Both the position numbers and the translations under genes were made by a program. The notes below the pieces were generated by a model. The model saw only the letters and a list, made by a program, of their open reading frames with translations. It was not told the DNA's origin and made no database searches. A stretch of 62,760 nucleotides of DNA, filler included, from Gonapodya sp. JEL0774 (Eukaryota), in assembly GCA_027604505.1 (NCBI GenBank). It is 14 parts of 14 records of this genome, joined end to end, with 100 filler letters (N's around TTAATTAATTAA, not from the genome) between each part and the next. Parts side by side here need not be neighbours in the genome. Positions count along the whole stretch, not along the records: positions 1 to 4,404 come from JADIIX010000954.1; positions 4,505 to 8,907 come from JADIIX010000955.1; positions 9,008 to 13,407 come from JADIIX010000956.1; positions 13,508 to 17,906 come from JADIIX010000957.1; 10 more parts are not named here. One strand, 5' to 3'. This document shows positions 1 through 14,821 of this stretch, one piece after another. Position 1 is the stretch's first letter; each line of letters starts with the position of its first letter.

Positions 1-423
1 CCCTTGGATATGAACTTCCCCAGTCTTAAAACTCTCTACCTGTTTTTTGATTCCATTTCACTTGAGTTGGCGCCTGCCGACTCTGGGGTATCCGAGCGAG
101 CAGTCGAGTTCGCTTCTGTCGTCGGTCATCTCTTCCCAAACCTATCATACCTCCACATCAACCACACTGCAGGCTCCCAACGTGCCGTTTCCACACTCGG
201 AGTTTTCTTTGACCAGATCTTTCGTGCGGTACCTCCGCACTGCACCGTTTTCCTTGCTGTACCATTTCTACATCAAGCGTTTGCAACAGTTTTCCGGCAA
301 GTACTCCACTACTGGCCCTCGATCCTTCATGATTGGAATGCCGATATGCCTGCAAAAGTTCGTGGTGAGGTGCGGATCGAGCAAACTGTCGAACTCCAGC
401 TCAAATGCAGACTGCAGTTTTAG
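1..423 (+). CDS. 3' end of an LRR-like protein, probably F-box-associated (5' truncated)
   Basis: FPSLKTLYL and LFPNLSYLHI LRR-like motifs resemble the C-terminus of the F-box protein at 9152-10570 (FPVLQLLHL, LFPSLWELVI). Confidence 0.55.
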   Translation, partial: PLDMNFPSLKTLYLFFDSISLELAPADSGVSERAVEFASVVGHLFPNLSYLHINHTAGSQRAVSTLGVFFDQIFRAVPPHCTVFLAVPFLHQAFATVFRQVLHYWPSILHDWNADMPAKVRGEVRIEQTVELQLKCRLQF

Positions 424-1008
424 GGACGGATTTCAGTTGTTGTGAGTGAATGAGATCGCAATCTGCATCTCTATCATGTGCTCTCCTCACCGCGTGGACT
501 TGCTTTCCACTGCAAAATAAATCAGCCGTGTTTAGTTGATGGATACGTTCGGTCCCGTAATTAATGTCCGTGATGAATGATGATAGCTAATTCGTTGGTG
601 TCAGTTTTGCCATGCAAGCTAACATGTCATGTCTATAGCTTATGTCTCTCGACACCAAATGCAATGGTTTGGAAGGGTACTGACAGTCTTTCCCCGCATG
701 AATATTCCGATACGCCCACAGAAACCATGCATTGTCGAACAAACTTCATGATGTTATATGCTTGCGTTCAACCAAAAGTCGGCTAGTCTGATGCAATTAT
801 GGAAAGATGCCTCAGTGATGTGCTCAGTACGAGGAGGGGAGCAATTATTTTCGATGGTGGCAGTTGCAGTGCCACAACTGTGTTTTCATGTGCTTGCGTG
901 GGAGAGACACTCTGAAATATTATTTTTAGATACTACTTTACTCATACTACTATTATTATTAGATTTGTCGCGTGCATGCAAACATTAGTGATTAAAATCT
1001 TATGTTCT

Positions 1009-3217
1009 TCAAGAAGCATCAGATCCGGCCCTTTTCGAGGTCAGGAGAGAAGGAATCCGTGAGCGATTCGTTGACTGGCCCGAAATGAGACAACAGCCTA
1101 GACTTACATCTCCTTGATGCACTCAGCATACGTGTCCCACGCCAACGCCTTCCCCACCTCCCGGAGCATCTCAGGCCCGTCACTTTTCGAAGTTAGGAGA
1201 GAAGGAATCCGTGAGTGAATCGTCGACTGGCCGGATATGACACAACATCCTATACTAACGTCTTCTTGATAAACTCAGCATACTTGTCCCACGCCAGCGC
1301 CTTCTCAACCTCGCGGAGCATCTTGGGCTTCCAATTCTTATTACCGATAGCTCCTTTCTCAATCCACACACAAAGCTCCTTCACAAACTTGTTCAAGGCA
1401 ACTACTTGATCCTTCGACTGAACTGGCGATACTTCCTGACTGACCTGTTCCTTCAAACGCTGGATGTCGGCGATGAGGTTTGGCCTCAGATGCTCCTCCG
1501 ACTGAGCTGGCGACGCTTCCTCCTCATGCTGGACTTCCGGCGCGACCAAACACTTGATGTCCTTGATGAGGTTGGACCCTAGGTCAACGCCGCTGGTGCT
1601 CACACTCCTTGCGACATCCATTATGACAATAGTGAGGTCTCTTTTCGTTCCGCGGCTTAGAGTCTCGATTGTGTTGCCACGAAGCAAGTCGAACATCGTA
1701 AGATCCCCATGCTTATCTTTGTAGTTGACAGGGCACTCTCCGGCAATGCTGATAAGTCGCGCCGAGATGGGACAATGGTAGTCACAGTTGTTGAAAAGCT
1801 CCTTAGAGAGGCACTCACGTGCCTCGTTGAACAAGCGTTCGGGACTTCCACCAATCGACAGGATGCCATCGGGATACTTGCATGGTGCCCTATGCACAGG
1901 GGCCTCGTGACCAGACGTCCCGTCGTCGCCAAAGAAAACATCAGCCCACTCCGCACCTCCCCCACGCTTGATCACATCCTTGAAGATGACGGGATGCGCG
2001 GCCGAGTAAAATATCGCCTGTTGAGCCCCCTTTTCGCCGCCGTGTTTGTGTCCCATTCTCTGCGCTTCCTTCAAGAAAGTAGGCGTGGAGCGTTGCAGTA
2101 CGCTTTCGAGATCGTCGACGAATCCATCAGTATAGAACGTGGACGTGTCAGTTTGGAAGTAGACGTGGCCAAGAGTGGAAGGGTGGAACCTTGCGAGATA
2201 CGCGTGAAGGAAGCGCATCGTCTCGTGTGCGTTTTTTTGGACATCAGTTAGAGGGTACTCGTTGGCCTTGATTGCAGCGTTGTGTGCAGAAAACACACGC
2301 AAGTATACTTTGTTGTGTGCGTTGACGCCGCGAACGGAGTGGAATGCTTCCAGTACTCTCACAGGTGCAACCACGTAGCTGGGAAGTCGTGCATTCGGCA
2401 AGTCCAAGGTTCCACCGAGACCAACGGCAATTTCGAGCGTGAAGGAGTCTTCGGTGAGAAAGAGCACTGCGATGCGGACCATGTCTTGGAAGGTTTCCTC
2501 GGTGGGTCGGTGGAACAGGGTCGTATCGAGAAGCGGGGTCAAGATTTGCAGCAGGTCGTCGAACTTGAGCTGAGTGACGTCGCGACCGTGTCCTTGAAGT
2601 ATGCGTGAGATGTGTAAGACCAGTCGTGCGGCCCAGCCCATGCTCAGATCTCTATCTTTGAGAGCCGTGGTTGCGAATACACGAAATGATTCACGAATCT
2701 TGTTTATCAATAAGAGTGAGTAAACGAAGGAGTGAACTGCGCTCGGTCGGTCATAATAAATTGAAGTTAGATTCGCAGCCTTGTTAAAATTGTGCTTGCT
2801 CTGTGAGAGTGATACTCACAGGGCTTCACTATATCATCGACATTTGCACAGTTGAGAAGAGATTCAAAGTGTTGGTGCCAAGATTGCACGAGCAAGTCGC
2901 TAGCTTCCGCGAGATGTGCTGTATAACGCACGGGAGGTACCAGTACACTGAGACTAGTTGGTTCCGGGAAGTAAACGAGGCCGTCATTTGGAAGCCCGAG
3001 CGCGCCGCAACGATTCTTCACGCAATGCAGTTGGAACAGATCTTCGAGGGAAGAAATGTCATAAGATTCGACCTGGCGGAAGATGGCGAGGAGTTTCGCG
3101 AGTTCCTCCATGGAAAACGGTCCAGACGGTTCTGACATTGACCCAGGTGATACGAGCGAGAATCACAGGTGAATAGGCAAGCCAAGTCTTCACGAACGGA
3201 GAGCACATACGAGTCAT
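1009..3217 (-). CDS. Spliced hypothetical protein (~630 aa); predicted exons 3217-3211, 3131-2820, 2736-1260, 1182-1108, 1030-1009
   Basis: Phase-compatible GT..AG introns (gtatgt/gtcag, gtgagt/gcgcag, gttagt/gaaaag, gtaagt/gaaaag) join ORFs 2767..3138 and 1250..2710 plus two short 3' exons. The first micro-exon is less certain. Confidence 0.75.
1031..1335 (-). repeat. 152-bp tandem duplication (75-bp exon + 77-bp intron)
   Basis: 1031-1182 aligns to 1183-1335 (aggagagaaggaatccgtgag...gactggcc...ctcagcatac.tgtcccacgcca.cgccttc). Confidence 0.92.
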
Positions 3218-3847
3218 TGTGCTTTGCTTGAGTTGGGATGGCGATGAATACGTCAAGAGAATCTCGAATGAAAACACTGGATGGGATTATAAATGGAGCC
3301 ATCATGGTCATCAAGCGAGCGAGTGAGTGATCAGAGTATGGCTTCGGTTGCGATGAAAGACTGTGTGAGGGGGGCTGTGGTTCTCATAAGTGCAGGCCCC
3401 CTTGTTCCTCTATCTTTAACCATTAATATTTCTCGATTCGCATCAGGATCAACATTTCAAACCCGTTCATCGAGAATCGACGTAGAAACTCGCGAGATTG
3501 CGGGTTTTATTAAAGAGAGGGAGTGATTGAGTTCGAGGGGGTGGTTGGAAGGGCATTGATCCGAGAAAAGGATGCGCAGCAACGCAAGCAGATTGCGTGA
3601 GATTTGGGTGAGTCACGATGCTCCAATGAGTAGTTAAATGCGGCAGTTGACGTCTTGTAAGGTCAGCGCACCTCATTTCTCAAACAGGCAATTGAACGAA
3701 GAAGTTCTTGGTGAGATGATCACCACAAGGAGCTTTGCTGCATTTGCACGTTGATATATTAGTAATATGTGACATTCAGTCATTGACTAAGGTATGTGGG
3801 ATTTGCATAAACGGTCGTGCTGTGGGAAGCCAAAGCCAAGATCCAAA

Positions 3848-4333
3848 CGAGCTGTCAATTACGCCTCCGTCATAGGTCACCTCTTCCCAAACCTATCATA
3901 CCTCCACATCAACCACGCTGCAGGCTCCCGACCTGCCATTTTCACACTCGGAGTATTAGTTGACCAGATTTCTCGTGCCGTACCTCCTCACTGCACGGTT
4001 TTCCTCGCTGTACCATATCGACACCAAACGTTTGCAAAAGTGTTCCAACAAGTTCTTTATTGTTGGCCCTCGATCCTTCATGATTGGAATGTCGATAAGC
4101 CTGTGAAAGTTCGTGGTGGAGTGCGGGTCGAATGACCCTGTCGAGCTCCAGCACAAACGCAGACTGCAGTGCTGGGGACGCATTTCAGTTATCGTGAGGG
4201 GCTGAGATCGGAATCCGCATTTTCGGGCATGTGTTCCCCTCACCCCGTGGACTTTCCTACAGTACTCAGCCATGCTATATAGCTAATGCATATATTTTCG
4301 GTCACTAAATGGCGGTGATGACAGCTCACGTTC
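3848..4333 (+). pseudogene. 5'-truncated diverged copy of the 97-594 LRR-gene 3' end
   Basis: Direct repeat at ~3.75-kb offset (ctcttcccaaacctatcatacctccacatcaaccac shared). It has a premature TGA after ...VRVE, and the upstream sequence is unrelated. Confidence 0.8.
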
Positions 4334-4504
4334 ATATACTTCAAAATGCATAATCCATCTTCTTTCACGATCTTTGAAAACGTAACTCCCCCTTACCGAA
4401 ATGCNNNNNNNNNNNNNNNNNNNNNNNNNNNNNNNNNNNNNNNNNNNNTTAATTAATTAANNNNNNNNNNNNNNNNNNNNNNNNNNNNNNNNNNNNNNNN
4501 NNNN

Positions 4505-6449
4505 GTGGTCCCCAACCATCACGACGTTTTTTTTGATGGGACGGCGTTCTCAGGATGCATCCCGGCCCACGATATCGATCCCTACGAATCCGATCCCACA
4601 CTCGCGATCATTGATGCCGTCCTCCATCAGTACCCGAACTCTGTCTCTCGCCGTTGTAATTGTTCTTTCAATCGTGCTTCTGAACGCGCTCCCCTCACTG
4701 GCCTTGTTCATTACATCCCTACCTACAATTTTCACTGTCCTCATATATGCGATTTTGGCGTCATGGTGCTGGGCGACCAACGTCGCGGGACTCGTTTCGA
4801 CTGGAATCGATATTGATGGACTATTTGCATTGACTGCCTCTGGTGATTCCAAGATTGATGTGGAGAAATTGGGAATGAGAACGATCGGAAGTGCTCGCTC
4901 TCGCGATATTGGAAGTATGAACAATCATGATGCCGGAAAGGAGGAAAACTTTGCGACAGTCTCACTTGGAGTGATGGACACGGCGACTTCTCGAACTGCC
5001 TCTTCCTCGCCATTCCCCGACAATATGCCAACCCGAACTCTTCGAGCTCCCATTCCTTCTCAATTTTCAAATCCCTCTTCCACCTCGCTGTTTTCCCTAT
5101 CGACGGCTTTGTCTATCACCATGCTTCTTTCAATTGGAATGTATTCAGCAGTACGGACAGTTTGGGGGGAGGAATCAGCCAACGTTATTCCTACTCTCAC
5201 TCTTCTGCTTGTTCTCGGAATACTGTTTGTTCCGCTGGACGTATTTCAAAACAAAGAGCGCAAGCGCTTTAAAGAGTCAGTGAACTGAGAGTGTAATGGG
5301 TTTCCATCTGCAATGCTGACTTGTGACTATCATTCACTCCTGCACCCAGTGCTCTTCGACGCAGTCTGGACCCCCGCCTTCACCAACCCGTTCCGTTCTG
5401 TGATGTAATTCTTGCCGATATTTTGTGCTCCTTCTCTCGGGTGTTTGGTGACCTTCACACGAGCCTGGTGGAAATTATGGGTCTTGGGAGAAACATCGAA
5501 CAATTGAAAAACCAAAGTATCGATAGAGAACCATTGTGGCGAACTCACGATGTTGTTTTCACGACGTTTGTAAGGTATGCATCGTTTTGTCCCCCACGCC
5601 TCTGCACGGCGCCCCTCTCTGCCCTCTGGTAGCATGGGTTTTCTATCCTCGCTCTCTCTGACTTCCGCTTTCGCAACCTTCAGCCTTCCACCCCTCATCC
5701 GACTTCGTCAGTGCTGCTCTGAGTATCTTCTCCTTCCAGCTGGTCATCCAGACCGCCACCGCCACTTTGCCAATTCAATCAAATACATCGCCTCGGTCGC
5801 GCCAATACTCGCAAGCACCTGGGCTGCGCGAGCTCAAGACCGAACGCGAGGAGTTGACATTGAACATGAAGCAGCCACTATGGAGAGTTTGAGTCTTGCT
5901 CTCACAGTGTGGTTAGTGACCAGTGTCGTGAGCGCTCTTTATGGTTTGTGGTGGGACATCAGAATGGATTGGGACCTGGGTTACTGGCCTGGATGGAGAG
6001 GCGAGCGGCGTGCAAGTTTACGAACTGAAAGCAATGGTGGCTACAATCATGGTATCTCTACATCCTCCTCTCCATCGGGGAATGCCATCTCCTCACCTCC
6101 CACCCCGAAGTCCAAACGGGACTCCTTCCCCCCACTTCTCCGCCCTCGCCTTCATTTCAGTCCCCACTTTATATATTATATTGCCCTTCTCCTGGATATT
6201 CTGGGTCGCTTTGCGTTTCTACTCAAACTCCTCCCTGCATACGCAGCAGTGGCATGGGACTTGGACCAAACTTCGGCTGCTGCGCTTACAGCGCTTGACA
6301 ATTTATCTGGACTGGATCCGGCGTTAAAGGTAGCTGAGGTGGCTAGGAGATGGGTGTGGGTTTTCGTGAGAGTGGAGAAGGAATGGGTGGGACTAACGTC
6401 CGATCAAGCCTTGGCCATCGATGACGCTCGCGGATTTGAACGGGTGTGA
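4505..6449 (+). CDS. ERD1: EXS-domain protein, ERD1-like (5' truncated, 2 introns ~5278-5349 and ~5575-5683)
   Basis: VPFCDVILADILCSFSRVFGDL, LPPLIRLRQC, HFANSIKY, LWWDIRMDWDLG, D..GRFAF and EVARRWVWVFVRVEKEWV are EXS hallmarks. Confidence 0.85.
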
Positions 6450-7505
6450 CTGTAGTATGGATCTATATGCACGCGGTATTCGATAGTCTTTGTGGTGGTG
6501 ATAGCGACGTGCACTTCGCATGAACCCGAAACTAGGCATTCACGATTATGTAAATTGGGGTGACAAGGCAACATTAGAGTAGACTGAACCATGTATAGCT
6601 AAATGCGCAAGAGAAGGAACGTGTCGTACCATGACTGAGATCGCTGCTGAAATTGACAATTATACCGTGACTGTCTAGTGTGCTCGAGCTTGCGGGACAT
6701 GTCCACCACGGAGCAGTACGGAGCCATAATTACAAGCATGTGAGCGACCCTTTATACTACTACTTTATTGCGATTGTTTTAGGCAATTATCAGGAATACA
6801 GAAGGATGTGTCACTCCAGCAGGGCATGAAGGTAACACTGTACGAGACACTTTCGCGTCGGAATCCAACGGAATAGCGCATCAAAGTAGAATCCGTTGGT
6901 AACCGACAGGTACCTTCGTAGGTGATTGATTGCCAAGCGGAAAATAGGATCGCGTTCAATAAAATGGCAGGTTTCTCGCCATGGCAAGGATTGAGCCCTG
7001 TGCCCCCCAATGAGACAAGCCACGATTTTTGTCGCGAAGTGAACAAGCAAGCGACAGAACCGCCAGGATCCCTGCGAGTGTCATCTTTCTTCGGAAAGTA
7101 GTATCCATGATGCAGGCAAGTGTCCTACAGACTCCCGGTGTGCTGTCGTGGTCACTGCCGGCCTGCACGTTGCCACGCCAAAATGTACCTGCGTGCCTTC
7201 GATCTTCAGTTGATAGGAGAAAGGAGCAACAGGCGACTATCAGCACACGAAAGTCAGAGCGTCGAGAGAAAGGAAGAATGGAAAACTCATCGTTGATGGA
7301 CTTCGTTTTCGAAGTTGCAAACGACGGTTGGCAAAAGTTTCATCAGGGTCATGCCAGAATCCAGACAAGACTTTTCACCGCTGCTTTGCTACGATCGTGG
7401 TCTTTTAATTGGCGTGCTCTTTTGTCAGTCACTCGCATTCGACAGATCAATTGACCCTTGTGTCGTTCCTCCAAATAGAATCCTTCGCCCACGCTTCAAA
7501 ATCAA

Positions 7506-8907
7506 ATGGCGCTATTGCCCCCAGTCAGCTCTTTTGATAACTCTAGTCAGCAACAGTGGTTCCAGGGATACTCCTACGGCACCACGAGTCCTGAAACCCA
7601 CGGCCAACGTCAGCGTTCGGAAATTACACCCAGCCGGTACTCTACGCCCGAGGACTATACTAATCTGATACACCGAGAGCCGCTAGTGGAACTGGAGACC
7701 ATTGGTGTCGGGGGGAAAGAGCCAAAAAAGCGGCACGAACTTCAATGTCCCATCTGCGGTGTCATCTTTGTCAGGTACTTGTAAAACCGCGCTTGGCGGG
7801 CGAGGCTACTTGTGAGCAAGCTCTTAAAGCTACTGGCAATTAATTAATTATTTCCTCGCACCAGGAAGTACAACTTGAAAGCGCACATGACCATCCACGA
7901 ACCCAACAGACCTAAGCTCGCTTGCCAACACTGCAACCTCTCATTCTTCAGGCGCGGGGATCTAAAACGCCACAGTGCGATACACGTGTTGGGTCACAAG
8001 GCGTTTGTTTGCAGTCACTGCGGTAAAGATTTTGCGAGGTAAACGCTTGCCCTAAGCTTTGCGGATACCCGACGATCGTTAGCGACGGAGTTGTTATGAC
8101 ACGTTTCTCCACAACGACAGACTAGATCGACTCCGACTTCATCTGGAGGACGGTCGATGCCCCAGGGGCTCCACTGGAGGGCCCCTAACGTCAGGAAATC
8201 TCATCCCTGCCAACAAAAAGACAACTTCTCCACCCAAAGTTGTACTGATTCCCAGCTTTGCACCATCGCCGACCATTGAGGGACCTCGCAGCCCGTACGT
8301 GAAGGAATCAGCTGGGCGAGTGTCCACCGAGATTGTATCCGCACCACCCCTTACGACGTCGAGATGGCAAGCCTCAACTGACTTGCATAACGCTAGCTCA
8401 TCGAATTGGCTTGTCGGCAAGCATCATGAAGCATTGGAGGTGTTTGGTCCCGCGTCGAACCCGTATCCCTACAACGAGGTAAGTGACTCCGCCAAGGTAC
8501 TGCTCTGTACAATGAGCCTCCATGATCAGCGCAAGGTCGGACGAATCTTCATGTACCCTCTTTCTTTCAAAGGCTTACACTCACAATTCAATGCATGGAA
8601 GCTGGCTGGCGCCGCAATATGGCTGGTTGTCGCGATCTGCATCCTTGTCGACGACAAACGTTCCGCGCAAGGCTTTCGGCAATGAGGCTGCGCGCTACTC
8701 GCACAGTCCGTATGAGCCGCTGTCGCAAAACGACCACATTTCTCGCACTGCATCACAGCAACACTCGGCGGATCACTTCCATCAAGCCCCACCTCCTTTC
8801 GATAATGTGTTCTCGTCCCGGTACAACACCTTCTTCCCAACTCCTAGACTTGAATACTATGAAAGAATGCCCTCAACTTACTCAACCACACAAGGCTCCC
8901 CCTCGCA
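7506..8907 (+). CDS. C2H2 zinc-finger transcription factor (3 fingers, Crz1-like spacing); both ends uncertain, introns ~7775-7864, 8039-8120, 8479-8571
   Basis: Spliced translation: CPICGVIFVRKYNLKAHMTIH..CQHCNLSFFRRGDLKRHSAIH..CSHCGKDFARLDRLRLHLEDGRC. Confidence 0.85.
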
Positions 8908-9151
8908 NNNNNNNNNNNNNNNNNNNNNNNNNNNNNNNNNNNNNNNNNNNNTTAATTAATTAANNNNNNNNNNNNNNNNNNNNNNNNNNNNNNNNNNNNN
9001 NNNNNNNCATCCTCCAAACTCTTTCATACCTCACGTCTTGAATATAATTCCATGCATGTGTAGCTGAAGCAATTATTGTGAGACTGGAATGCCCCCTCTT
9101 CAAACGTTATTGAGTTTGCATATTGTTTAGTTTAACTCGTTTCATGGGGAA

Positions 9152-10570
9152 TTATGTATTCGGCTCAATAACAAGTGATTTGCCCTGCAGGCGGCACCCT
9201 TTCTCAAGTATGTCCCGTTCCGCTTGATCCCAACCGACTCTTCGGTCTTGACCAGTGTCCATCCACTCCCCCCACTCACCACAGCACAGCCGCACTGTTC
9301 TCACACCTATATACATCAAGCCTTCGACCCAGTCTGCAGCGCCTTCAATACGAGACGGATGATAAGCACCAGAGCGGGAATTTTCATCATATATAACAAG
9401 TTCCCAGAGGCTAGGAAAGAGCGTGCCGATGGCTCGGAAACATGACCGAACAGCAAAGCCGTCAACATCACCCAGTATGAAGGATGTGCTTGTGTTTAGA
9501 TGAAGGAGTTGAAGTACGGGGAAACCGGAGACTAACTCCAGCGGGGTGGATGAAGAATGTGAACCTTCATGGGCTGTGCCAGCGTTCCGTGACTCAAGTA
9601 GTTGGTTGACGCCAGTCCAATCCATACCATAAACCACCAATAAGCCGAATTCCCGTAGATTTGGAAGGGTTGAAAAGGTGGACCGCAAAAGATTAATAAA
9701 GTCACTCGGCGTGAGAGATCCGGAAATTCCACCAATGCCTGTTGAGACGACAAGCGTGGTCAGCATTGGGTTCATAGCCCACATTGAGTTAGGACTGCCT
9801 GTAATCTGAAACAGAGCTCCGACTTGATCGCGCTCTTGCATTGTCGCGACATGAAGCGAAGTCAGGTTTGGAAATACCCCCAGGGAGTCCGTGAGCAACA
9901 AGCTGAGACTGTCACCAGCAACCATAACGAGCGCCGTTTCTACGAATTCTGCGGGATGGCAGTCATTGAACACGTCCCTCTTCCACGCCCTGATCAAGCC
10001 ATGGTTGGTTTTTACAATCGGGGACCTTAGAGTCCGGATAGTGCTGGATATGGCACGGTGTGCCGGATTAAGGGGATACGAATTAAAAATGCGGGCGTTT
10101 ATGGTGCGGACTAGTGGGATGATTGGGCGACTCGAGTGACTGTCCCCAAACAGCTCCTTTCTTATAAACTCCGACACTACAAGGTGAAACGAGATTCCCG
10201 GATTGCCGAATGCGTCACACGGTGCTTCGATCGTGACAGTTCCTACAGCAAATCGATGATCCCTGTCTCGCGATGCGTGGGCTCCGATTCGCCTTGCGTT
10301 CCTCCGAAGTCGGCGAAACAACTTCACACGGCTCATGGAGAGCGAACACGATGGGTCCATGCCATTGAGCATTCGAGGAACGAGTGAAAGTTCCAAAAAC
10401 AGTGGAATGCCTCCGTCATCGGCAAAAGCTGACCTTGCAAGAAGGTCCCATGATCGGCAGACAAGAGGAATGGAAGTGAATAGATCCCAAGGAGGAAGAA
10501 AAAGAAATACGGAGAGTAGAATTTCATCCGGAAGCATCTGCACTGGCGATCGCTGTGAGGATTTCCGCAA
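9152..10570 (-). CDS. F-box protein with C-terminal LRR-like region
   Basis: N-terminal F-box LPDEILLSVFLFLPPWDLFTSIPLVCRSW; FPNLTSL and LPNLREF repeats. Confidence 0.85.
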   Translation of the reverse strand: MRKSSQRSPVQMLPDEILLSVFLFLPPWDLFTSIPLVCRSWDLLARSAFADDGGIPLFLELSLVPRMLNGMDPSCSLSMSRVKLFRRLRRNARRIGAHASRDRDHRFAVGTVTIEAPCDAFGNPGISFHLVVSEFIRKELFGDSHSSRPIIPLVRTINARIFNSYPLNPAHRAISSTIRTLRSPIVKTNHGLIRAWKRDVFNDCHPAEFVETALVMVAGDSLSLLLTDSLGVFPNLTSLHVATMQERDQVGALFQITGSPNSMWAMNPMLTTLVVSTGIGGISGSLTPSDFINLLRSTFSTLPNLREFGLLVVYGMDWTGVNQLLESRNAGTAHEGSHSSSTPLELVSGFPVLQLLHLNTSTSFILGDVDGFAVRSCFRAIGTLFPSLWELVIYDENSRSGAYHPSRIEGAADWVEGLMYIGVRTVRLCCGEWGEWMDTGQDRRVGWDQAERDILEKGCRLQGKSLVIEPNT

Positions 10571-10907
10571 TGGTCACACGTTAATTGAATCTACACTTTT
10601 GAAGCAAGCAACGATCACTCACCGAGGCCGTTTTCTGAATTGCTCGCCAAGTCAAGTACGGTATAAGGGAGGAGCAAAGCGCTCCGAGACCGACGGTCAA
10701 GAGAAGTGATGGCATATTTGCAATGTGGCCAAGTTTGGTCTGGATGCCAACCCAGAGCGTTTGCGGAATTGTCCCACAGTGATTAGAATTACGTAAACGT
10801 AGCAGTTGCACAAATCAAGATATAATGCACTGGGAATATGTATTTTATATGCGGTGTTGCATTAGAGTCAATGCACTGTACAACTGCACTTGCAATCGGG
10901 CTCGTGC

Positions 10908-13407
<2,500 letters not shown>

Positions 13408-13507
13408 NNNNNNNNNNNNNNNNNNNNNNNNNNNNNNNNNNNNNNNNNNNNTTAATTAATTAANNNNNNNNNNNNNNNNNNNNNNNNNNNNNNNNNNNNN
13501 NNNNNNN

Positions 13508-14243
13508 AGTGAATTCCGTGAATATTCACCTTCTCTCTCCGAGCTCTTAGCCGATCCTTTTCATTCTCCGCCCATTCCTTCCTCATCACTCCCTTCTCCT
13601 CCTCCCCGACCGGCATTTTCCTCAAGTCTTCCTCCAGCTGTTGTTTTCTCCTTCCTCTACCCGCCGCCGCCGATCCACCATGGTGTATTCGCTCAAAAAA
13701 GCTCTCAAGATACACCTTAGCTGCCGCAGTACGCTCAACGGTGGCTACCGAGACCCGGTTTGTCGCATCTGGTGCACCACCCCCTACCGAACCAGGACCA
13801 GGAGTCGTGGGGGAAGCTGCGTAGGTAGCAGATCCTCGCGTTGGATCAGATTGTTGGCTTACGGACGTGTTTTCAACTGTGGAGGGGTCGGCAGCGATAT
13901 GGGTGGCAGGTGAGAGTTGGGGAACCAATATCCGTGGGGAGGATGTGCCGAGTCGCAGTGCGTTGGGGGACATCGGGACATTTAATGGACCGGCGGTTGG
14001 AGGGGAGCCGGGAACTGTGGGGGTTGTTTTGCGCGATTTGCCAGTGAAGATTGATTGCAAAGTAGGGGGGAGATCATTCTTGGGGATCACCCACTCTTGA
14101 CATTCAGCGCGTTCATCTCCGAGAGCGTCTTGGAAGCGTCGCTCTCCTTTGAGAAGTGCATGAGGTGCCTTTCGAATATTCCAGCAGTTTTGGTACAAAG
14201 CAACATGGATATCTGGATTTCTCGCGACAACAATGGGCGACAA
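13508..14243 (-). CDS. N-terminus of an NDR/LATS (Cbk1/Cot-1-like) kinase; kinase domain lost at contig end; likely ATG 13973
   Basis: TVERTAAAKVYLESFFE...RRKQQLEEDL...RKEWAENEKDRLRARREKV matches the MOB-binding N-terminal regulatory region. Confidence 0.75.
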
Positions 14244-14821
14244 ATCTCACTCAAAGTTTTGTGGACCGCCAATTGAGGTCTTGCTTAGGCTCTGCGATAT
14301 GGGGAGTGGGGGTACTTGGAGGATTCGAAGAATCCGCGCGAAGTTGCATGTAAACTCGCGTTCACTGAATTCCCCAATCTCAATCGATGATTGGCACCCT
14401 GGTTATGATGCTTACATTCCTTGTTCCTTTCAGCGGAAGCCATTGCTGTGAATCAGACCGGGGAATTCCAGGTCCGATCTCTGCGGCAAAATGATTTGTG
14501 AATCGGGTGCATGGCCCACCCAACCTTCGCTTTCCAAACGTCACCCCAACACTCAACACTTCCACGAACTATGTATCATGTATTACGTTTTTGAGTGCTA
14601 GAAGCCAAATATTGAATGGAAAGGGCTTGCAAATAACCCTCTTATAGAACGGACACGTCCCACAAGGGGGACTTCTCACATGATGGTGTAAGAGAATTAA
14701 ATTAATAGAATGCAGTGGATGACGATAACTTTGTGCAAGGTTGGAGGATTGGAGAATACATATGTAATGCACTGCGGAAATGGGGGCCTGAGAGTCCACT
14801 TCAAGAGGTGGCTTCCCTCCA

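Noticed and set aside
7838..7851. Natural ttaattaatta resembling the linker
   Set aside because: Lies in an AT-rich intron without flanking Ns; coincidental.
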